Shown here: piece after piece, positions 39,871-49,000 of the stretch
How positions within the stretch are numbered: the first letter of the stretch is position 1
Layout: the number at the start of each line of letters is the position of its first letter
NCBI GenBank assembly: GCA_048013815.1
Contig: CM106586.1
Location: 17,422,001-17,486,000 of the forward strand
Length of the DNA stretch: 64,000 bases
Origin: Setoptus koraiensis
Taxonomy: Eukaryota; Animalia; Arthropoda
Direction: 5' to 3'
Position numbers and translations under genes: made by a program
Notes under the pieces: model-generated
The model's input: only the letters and a program-made list of their open reading frames with translations
What the model was told of the DNA's origin: nothing
Database searches by the model: none

Positions 39871-41326
39871 CTACTACCTCTGCTAGACTGTGCACAACAA
39901 GACAACAACAAGAGCCGTCATTGAAAATACTATCAGGGAGCACTTGATAGATAGAATTTTGCGTATGTATTCTTAGTATCCTAGCCTCTAATACCACTCT
40001 AGTAACCAGTCTCACACGCAGTAATGATTGCCAGCCCAATACTACTATGCTATATATCTACTGAACAACTACAACAACACAATCAACAATTGATGCCAAC
40101 TTTTTTGCCCTACCAACTACCTGTGGCATTGAAACAAACTTGGGCATGCGTCTGTCTATTCAACCTGTTATATAACTATAAAATAGAATCACTCAAACAA
40201 CAGTAGTAGTTGCAGTTATAGAGACTGACATCATTACACAGTTTTGTATTCATCATCGTTCAATGGCAGCAGCAGCAACATTCTCATCGCTTCCTGTACT
40301 CCATTTGGTTGACCATCACTCAGTTGAGAAAAGTCAACGCTTGCTGAATGTAATTCCACAACATTTGAAAAGTGTAAGTTTGTGTATATATTTCACTTGC
40401 TCAGTTTGCGTAACCGCAATTCTTTATTTTTTTTTTGTGTAAAATTCAGTCAACTAGATGAGGGCTACTCAACACACATGTTGTGTTAGAGAAGCCTGAT
40501 GTCACTATCTTCCTCACTCAGTTAGAGAGCAATAATATTTATACAAATTATTCTAATTTTCTACAGATATGCATCCACGTTCACACATACAAAAACATTC
40601 AAATTCTTAATTAGAATAGAGTTGCAATGTTATGACTTACACTTTGAGAGAGAACAAGAAGTTTTGTTTTTAACTAATAGTGGAGCGATCAACTCTAGAC
40701 AACACTCGAACCAATTAAATTTGACTCATTAATATCTTATATGTAAAGTTTCAGACACAAAACAGAAGAAAGCTAACAGAGAAATGATAAATAAATTATA
40801 TCTTGGGTTTTCGTCATTATAATGCCAACTATGACTGCAGTATCCTCCGGTAAATACCATGACAATAAAAAGAAGCACGAGTCGATCAACAGGATAGATC
40901 ACAATTTCTATCTTACTCACCATTTGAATATTGTCCGTTCAGGAATCAATTTTTAAATAGAAGAAAAAGTGGTATATGTAAAAAAAAAGTTGTCTATTCA
41001 AGTTAAGCTCAGCGAAGTTTGTAAATAATTGTGCGACTCTTGAAGATTACTTACAGAAAGCATCTTGTTGTTACCACAATTATTTTAATGTTTCATGATC
41101 ATATCAGATAAGCAAACAAATTTCTGACTATGAATGACACGCAAATTTGCGCGGTACTGAATTGTCAACAATTGATCCTTCAACAATCTTGCAATAATAA
41201 TTTGTCACTTAACTTCGGAATTAAACTCAAATAATACTACTCGAGAGAAGAGACGCATTGAAATACATACTCATAAGATACCTCCAGCAGGTCATTCATC
41301 AGTTTATAACAAGACAAGTTTAACAG

Positions 41327-42886
41327 ATGAAGAAAATGACTATTAGAAGTAGAACTACAGACGGCTATCAACAGGTAGAGCTGACATCTGATTTAACTGG
41401 TCAGAGTGGCGCGACCCAGCAAGTGATATCTGCTGTACCCTGCACAAAACATTTGCCATTCTTCTTGACTATCATCTTGGCTGATATATTCCTATTCTCA
41501 TCGGGCCTGATATTTGCTGTCTACGCAAAATATTATGGCGATGGTTTTAGCCTGGAAAAACAGCCTGAGGCTCCGTTTAAGCAGTTCAATGTGCACGGCT
41601 TAATCATGATAACTGCCTTCATTTATCTCAATGGGCAAGGTGAGTTATGAATCTAGACTTTTTGGATATGCGAGTTATTTGTTCATGATCTAGTTCGATC
41701 GATCACCAAACGGTCAGAAGAATCGATATATCATTGATATCCTCAAGTAACAATTGTTACTATTGAGAACTCGGACTTTGGAAAGCAGCATGATATCTCA
41801 CGAGTCTAGTGATAGTTTCTATTTTGCTCTGAGTGGTATTCCTTGAAACAAATCTAATACCACAACAAGTCAACTAATCTTATCATTTATCTATTAAATA
41901 CCTCCTGTTTCATAATTCAATCCATCATTTTAGCTGTTATTGTTTATAAATCAAGTTACCTTATCAAACATAAGGCAATTAATTTAATCTTCCACTTTTT
42001 GCTGCATTTAATGGTAATAGCAGCAGTCACCGGAGGTATCTACTTTGCATACAATGCACAAGAAGCCGCTCAAGTATCCAAATCAAGAGTGAGCCACTTT
42101 TATTCATCTCATTCTTGGACTGGTTTGATCACTATTGGACTATTTGTAATTCAAGTAAGTGTCTAGAGAGCTAACAGCTAACTGAAAAGAGTATATCTTT
42201 GCTTCTACAATTGATGATCTAATCAATAATCACCAACTTTTATTCGATGTCATGCACAGTTTCTATTCGGATTTTGCACATTTTTCATAACATTATGCTG
42301 CCGTAAGCTTACATCCAGACTGAGGGCTCGCGCCTTACCTGTACATCGGATGCTCGCCATGATCGTATTGTGCTCATCAGTATCCGCAGTTATCAGTGGA
42401 TTGACACAGTTAGCTAGATTCGAGATAAATGGATTAGATGGGAGAGATGACTATAGAGAGTTTAAATTATCTACTATACTAATTAACATTGTTGCCGTTT
42501 GTGTTATTGGATCAACTATACTGGTATTTATAGTAACATTTATGTTTAAGCGTCGCCAGGCCTATGATTTACCGGTAATATTCAAAATTATATTGAATGT
42601 TACGCAATTCGTCGAATTAATACTAGTGCTAGTTGTAGCTGAATCCGTAGTTCAAGTAGTTACACCCCATGTGAATAGAATTATGACCCATGAATTATTC
42701 ACCAACTCAACAATGACGCATTTTTTCAATAATGCTACATCGACGATAACTAATTTGATATCATCCGTAAAATCATTGTCTCAATCTGCTATTTTAACTA
42801 ATACGACATCAAATCTGACAACGACAGCTCCAACATCCCTGATTAGTTCAAACCCTATCAATGGACCTCAATTAGTCACACCCTAG
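41327..42886 (+). CDS. Cytochrome b561-family transmembrane reductase (~386 aa), 3 exons
   Basis: Exons are 41327-41639 (|GTGAGT), 41934-42154 (TTTAG|, |GTAAGT) and 42260-42886 (CACAG|), 1161 nt in frame. Four heme-ligand His contexts: NVHGLIM, LIFHFLL, HFYSSHSWTG and LPVHRML. Confidence 0.88.
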
Positions 42887-44228
42887 CTGAATAAGTTTCA
42901 ATCAAAACATATTTGTTAAATTAAGATATAGAGTTATTTACTGCATACCTAACAAGCCCTCAGAATGATTTCGATTGAGTTCTGGAGCATGCAAACGCAT
43001 AGCTTTAGCGTCGGATAGTCTTCCACTAGACACCTCGCCAGCAACCTTAGACACCTATGGAAATATTGTAGAATACAAACAAGCATTATCACAGATAGAT
43101 ATAGTTGAAAATTGCAATATATTAATGAATCTTCTTTAGAAGTATGTATATATAAATAGTATGAATACTGCAATTTGAGTTGAAGGCAATCGATTATTAA
43201 CTGAAGATGTTACATCTTTTTGGATGCGATCAATTGTATCAACTTTCATGAGAAGATTTGATTGCGTACTTCGATTCAAACATTCCATTCACACGGACAT
43301 TAAGACACTCAAAATGCTCAATCGAAAGTTGCCTCAGGCAAAGGAAGATAAAAAATTGATGCTCTAGATTTAATTGTCACAATTCCCCGACAACTCTTAA
43401 CCCTGGATCAATTTGTTTATCTTTGAACAGCCTAAGCCATCGATGATGACCCATAATGCTAATCAAACCAAAAACAAAGAAATGAAATCTCATCATAGAC
43501 TCAGATCGAAATGCAATGATTTTTTAAGTTAACTCTTGATCGTCATTAGGTTTCGAACTTCTACTGATGGATTGCATTCTGTAATATAATATTATCAACT
43601 CCAACCGACATATTTTAACATTTAGACAAGACATTTGAATGAAAATCCTCTCAATTCATGAAGACATTCTCATCCAAGTGAAGGTAGGGGCGACCAGTGC
43701 ATTAAACTTTGGTTCATTCTATTTTCAGGGTGCATTTATATTCATCAACTCAATCGGGGCGACCCGCAGTCGTCTCAAGCAGACTAATTTGAATACTATG
43801 CAATGGAATTGGAGTACCAAAATATCATGAACAGGATCATTATATTGATCTCGTTTATGTATAAGAATAAAAAAAATTATATAACAATTTAGACGGTTAT
43901 CATTTAGGTACACCAGACACCAACTAAGACTTATTTAGCCCACCGCATTTCGAGAAACTAAAAGTGTATCTAAAATACAGTTTACCTTAAACTAATAACT
44001 ACCAATCAGTAATCTGACTTTCTATGCTTCATATTAAGCGATAGTGTACAATTTAAAGTGCTTTTGTTGCCAACACTAAGATAACGAAAAAGAATGAAAG
44101 AAATACACCAGGTATAATCAATAAAAATGAACCATTTAGGTCAATGTTAATAATGACTTGGTGCTAAAGAAGATGGTCTTGCTTTTTTATTTGATACAGT
44201 GAATCTAGTGAACACTCAATGATTATAT

Positions 44229-45197
44229 TCAGACGGGCTTGGAGAAACTATCTGACGAATGACTGTAGAAATCTATAATGTGACTAAATGTTTCCATCAA
44301 GTTAGGCGATGAGTCTTTGTATCTAGCATTCGTTAAGTCGAAATGATTATTAGAGATATAAAAATATAACGATAACAGGATACAAAGAATAAATGGTGAA
44401 ACTCCGATCAAGATAGCAGCTCTCAATGTAAACCAGAAGGCTTTGGTTATTCTGGACGTTATAGTGGTGTCCATTTGAGAGATGCCACTATTGTTTGAGC
44501 TACAATTGCCATCATCGGAACAAATACCGCTGCTGTTGTTATCTATTATTTTTTCCTGAGTTACTGAGCTCTGATTAGAGTATTGATCAATACTATCTGT
44601 TATTGCTATCTCATCCGCCAAACTAGTGCCTGAGGTCATGATGTTTTGGCAGAAATAGCTGAAGTTATCACAAACAAGTTCTAGCGCCCTCTCTCCCTGT
44701 CTGAATTTGTGTTTCTCTAGTTCGCTAACCAATATAGCTAACTGTTCGTTTTCTTGTTTTAAGCGGTTAATATAATCAGTTGTTTCTTCGTGATTTTTTT
44801 GACAGTTCAATTTATGGTCTTCAAATTCGACCAGAATTTTTGCGATGGCGTCGTCCTTCTCAATCATTTGCTTCTCTAAACAATCATTTTTGTTTTTTTC
44901 TTCTTTAACTTTCGTGCGGGCGACTTCGAGATCCAGTTCCAGAAGTGCTTTTTCTTTTTCGAACGTCTCCTTGTCCAAACGAATCTGATCTTTCAGAAAA
45001 TTCAACTTATTGTGACAGTCATCCAAATCTTGACTAAGACTCTTATTTATCTCTTCAAATTTTTTCATTTCATTTAGACATCTTTTCTCCATCTGAATTT
45101 TGTCCATCAATAACAAAGCATTTTGATTATGCATTTTAGTGTAAAGGGCGTCTACTTCCTCTAAATCCGCGGTAAGCATAACATGGTCCATGGTCAT
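44229..45197 (-). CDS. Coiled-coil protein with a single C-terminal TM segment and ~40-aa tail (~322 aa)
   Basis: Long heptad-rich region (about aa 10-165), Ser/Asn-rich linker, TM FWFTLRAAILIGVSPFILCILLSLYFYI. The start is taken at ATG 45197 because the listed upstream extension begins in a GC/CA repeat. Confidence 0.75.
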   Translation of the reverse strand: MTMDHVMLTADLEEVDALYTKMHNQNALLLMDKIQMEKRCLNEMKKFEEINKSLSQDLDDCHNKLNFLKDQIRLDKETFEKEKALLELDLEVARTKVKEEKNKNDCLEKQMIEKDDAIAKILVEFEDHKLNCQKNHEETTDYINRLKQENEQLAILVSELEKHKFRQGERALELVCDNFSYFCQNIMTSGTSLADEIAITDSIDQYSNQSSVTQEKIIDNNSSGICSDDGNCSSNNSGISQMDTTITSRITKAFWFTLRAAILIGVSPFILCILLSLYFYISNNHFDLTNARYKDSSPNLMETFSHIIDFYSHSSDSFSKPV

Positions 45198-45494
45198 GAT
45201 GAGCTGGGTTGATTTCTTTGTGATACTGCCACCCACTTGATGATGCCCGAGACAAATAATGTTTTTGTTCAGTGGAGATGAGCATATAATTTTGGGTTGA
45301 TATGATATGTGTTTATATAGTTGACAAGTACGCGAACGTTGGATAAATGCCAGTATCTTGAAATGTTGAGCGCGCGCACGCGCGCATGCACTCACGCACT
45401 CACGCACATGCCAAGTTCATCATATCCAATCAGATATTCAATTACATCGTATTGCCAAATATGAACCCAACGGGATCCGAAGAGGGTGTTTTGG

Positions 45495-45679
45495 ACAATC
45501 GCGGCAATAAATGATCGCTCAGGGGGGTAGGACGAGCGCGTCTTTTCCCACTATGCGCAGAATCGTCATTTGTGAGGCCGAGGGGCAGATGTTCTGTTCG
45601 TTTCAAATTCGCGCTCGGTTCTGCGCATGGAACACGCGCTACTCCTACCCCCTGAGCGATAACTTATTGCCGCGATTGT
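45495..45679. repeat. Long imperfect inverted repeat (71/64-nt arms, 50-nt loop); MITE relic or hairpin RNA
   Basis: ACAATCGCGGCAATAA..ATCGCTCAGGGGG.TAGGA..AGCGCGT....ATGCGCAGAA (45495-45565) pairs with 45616-45679. No obvious TSD. Confidence 0.85.
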
Positions 45680-46057
45680 ATAAGAATCGAGTCGGATTGA
45701 GTCATCTTTAACTTGTTGCAAAAATCTGGGGCGGACACCCAGAGGCGCTAGATTCGAAATGAACCAAGCTTGAAATTTTCAAATATTGAGTAAAGTAAAA
45801 CTCAATATCAATTGAGCGTCAGTATCAAGAGAATCTCCGACATAAGCCGATCTGGTCGCTGATGAATTAAAGTTGCCAAACAAACACATGAGAATGGAAA
45901 GGGGGGGGCGTGTTAAACTGAAACACTAAATATATTGTGGGTCGCGATACATTTTCCTCTTGACGAGCATAGGTTAACCTATGGGTTTATGTTGGCGACA
46001 ATAGAACTTGAACTTGTGAACTAAACACAGGTCACGTAAAACACTTGTTGTCGACCT

Positions 46058-49000
46058 TTACACCCATGCTGTCCAACCTTCGTACATTCTCGCCTTGTTG
46101 ACACTTGATGTAGCCGCGTGGATCAAGGCCTCAACCTGTTCCTCTGTGGTGTGGGTGTCGATGAGTCCAATCAAATCTGGTGCGTCTTGGGTATGCCCTG
46201 GTTTCATGCTAACGGTTTTTTGCTGATAGTGATAACTGCGAACAAGCTCGTCTGTGCCATCCAGCTTACTCTCGATCGCAGCATATTCATCGAGAGCCTG
46301 TGTCTTTGTCAAGCGCGTCGGTGTCTTGATGCAACGTTGCATATTGAGCGTTTGACTCAGATTAAATCCATCTTGATATTCTACGTTTTGACTAGCCAAC
46401 TTATTGGGATCGTCATTGTTGGCAACTTGATTTTTTTCACAGTCGGTGTTGCTCGACGAAGATGGGTCCTCCTCCTCCTCAGCGCACTCCTCTATAGTTT
46501 CTTGAATACAAACATCTTTATCTTTTTGCGGCGCCGCTGTTGCAGACACCGAAGCTGTAGGAACATCATTATTAGTGGTGGTGAAATCAACCAACTTTTG
46601 GTCTGATTTTATTTTGTCATCCTCAGACTCTATAATGAATTCCCAATACAATGGATTTAGCAGATGCAACAACGTTGATTTATTTTCCTTCAATATACTC
46701 AACACCTTCTCACACGATCTTGTAAAACCACCCTCTAAACCCGCAAATCCGAAAGCTCTTATGAAGTTTTGTGTCAATCTAAATGGAACTTGTTCAGGTA
46801 TGCGTAACCACGTGCGAGCCATGTCAAATGACATGTTGTAATCTATATGAATGATTTCTCCCGACGAGGAATCTAGTAATAAATTGTCCATATGTCGATC
46901 ACCCAAACCTATGAGGTATCCAACCATACTCATGACAGAGCAGGAATGAATAAAAGTTTGAGTTTTGATCCAATGCTCGTGCGCGTTTACTGATTTAATC
47001 CACAAATGATCTGCTATTAAATTGTCTGGTGTTTCTTTCTCGAGTTCTGCGAGAACCTTGACAAGCAATTGAATATTCCACTTTTTTCTATCAACATTAA
47101 GATAATTGACAGATAAAATCTTAGCAACTCCTTGATTTCCAAGCAAAGTTAACTTATTGTAAAATATCTCATGAGGTTTCAATGGATGCACCGGTGGAGC
47201 TGGCTTGTGCTGGTACTCAAGACGATGTCTGATGGTATTATGTGATAACCATGCCCTGTAGAAGGAATAAATGGGTGGCGCATCGATCCATTCTATGAGA
47301 CCGGATCTAGTACTCAAAGGAGTAACAGCATAATGTCTTAGACTGTACTGGTATCGAGTTGATTTATTCTTCGCCAATACTCGATTTATAAGTGAGAATA
47401 ATTGCATTATGTGCCTATCTAACCGTAGATCTTCGTGTCCTTTCAATATAAATGATCTATTCTTTCCATCAGAACCCAATATAGTTAATTTTTTAGGGCA
47501 AGTCTTGGATATCAAAATTCTAATTACTTGTTTTACTTTACTGATGAACACAGGTTTCTCTGTTGAGGTCGTTGATGAGCTGCAGCATCCAGGCATCAAG
47601 ATACAACTTGAGTCTAGTCTTGATAGCGTTGGACTAATTACCTCCATGTAAAGTTTATTCCTATTGTCCTTATTGTATTCATGAACAAGATGTCTACAAA
47701 AATCGAATAGCCCTCCAACATTGATGAGCAAAGCTAGATTTGATTCGCTAAATGGATCGAACTCGTCAGATGAGTCTATTGATAATGACTTGTTTATTTG
47801 ATCCAGTTTGGCCATTATATCCAGTAAAGTTTTGGAAAAAGCACTACAGAACCATGTTTCATATTTACTGGAGGTAGTTTGCTGAGCTTGCCTTTCAATG
47901 AAGGACATGATGGTCTTCATGAGACCTAAACTGTAATCTATGACGTTTTGCCACTTATCTATCGCAATCTTTTTTTGTTTTTCATCGGTTGTATTCTTGC
48001 AGGCATCTGACGGACTTTTTAATTCCTGTAAAGACTTCAGAAGGTGCTGTATGCGTTGCATTATCCTCCCGGAAACATTAAATAAATGCTCACCCCACAG
48101 AGAAGTGATCTTCCGCAATTCTTTTATGAATTTTTCTGTCTCTCCCACAATATCAGCATTTTCATTTTTACTATCTTTGAGGGTTCTTTGTAGAATATCT
48201 TTGAGCTCCAACCATGCTATAGCTCTCTTCAGCAAGATCTGCTTCTGATCTCGACAAGTTTGCTCAGGTAAATGTTGTAGACTTTCAACGAAATCCAAAT
48301 TGCCAACAATAACTGGATATAGTAAAACTTGAGGGGAATGGGAACAGATTTTCTTCAACAAGTTGAACAAACAACTCTGCCAGTTCTGTTCTGAGGGCTC
48401 TTGTTTATCATCTGTATTTTTAAGCGTTAGACAGAGTAGCTGACTTGCCAACTGTACCCAAATGTTGATTGTTCGCTTTATGAAATTTTCGTCTTGAAAA
48501 GATTCTCGACATTTACCAGTTAAACCGTGTTCACGGATCAGCGATAATACTCTTAGAGCACAATGAGTGGAAGTTAACTTATTCAGTTTCCCTTCTTTAT
48601 TACAAGATTCGAGTGCAACCAACAACTTGAGATCGGTATTGAATGCCAACTCAAGATTATCATTAGTTGAACTAGTTTGTTTCCTTTGTGCGTGAGCCCA
48701 AGTAGATAGTGTCTCTAAAGCTTTTACTTTTGTGGTTTGGAGTATCGTATCTGATGGTAGATTTTTTTCTAAGAATGAAGCCAACTCATTGTCGCGTACA
48801 TGTTCGTGTTGATCAATGGGATCCATCAGAGTTGATGCAGACTTTACTCCGGATTCTATTGCCGATTTCACTTCACCTTTGGCTATCAACACTTTCACCA
48901 TTAAATCTCTAGCTCTCGAGTGTAAATCTTCTGAGGCAGAGTTAATCTCAATAGATCGCAGCACTTCTTGAAGCTCCGACAGTCGAGAGTATTCACAACT

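Noticed and set aside
40729-40923. Hydrophobic ORF with TGG..SHSW resembling the neighbouring b561
   Set aside because: Only an 8-nt nucleotide match, not collinear, and likely chance.
45198-45407. N-terminal 70-aa extension of the coiled-coil ORF
   Set aside because: It starts in a GCGT/CA repeat and reads like UTR; the downstream ATG 45197 fits better.
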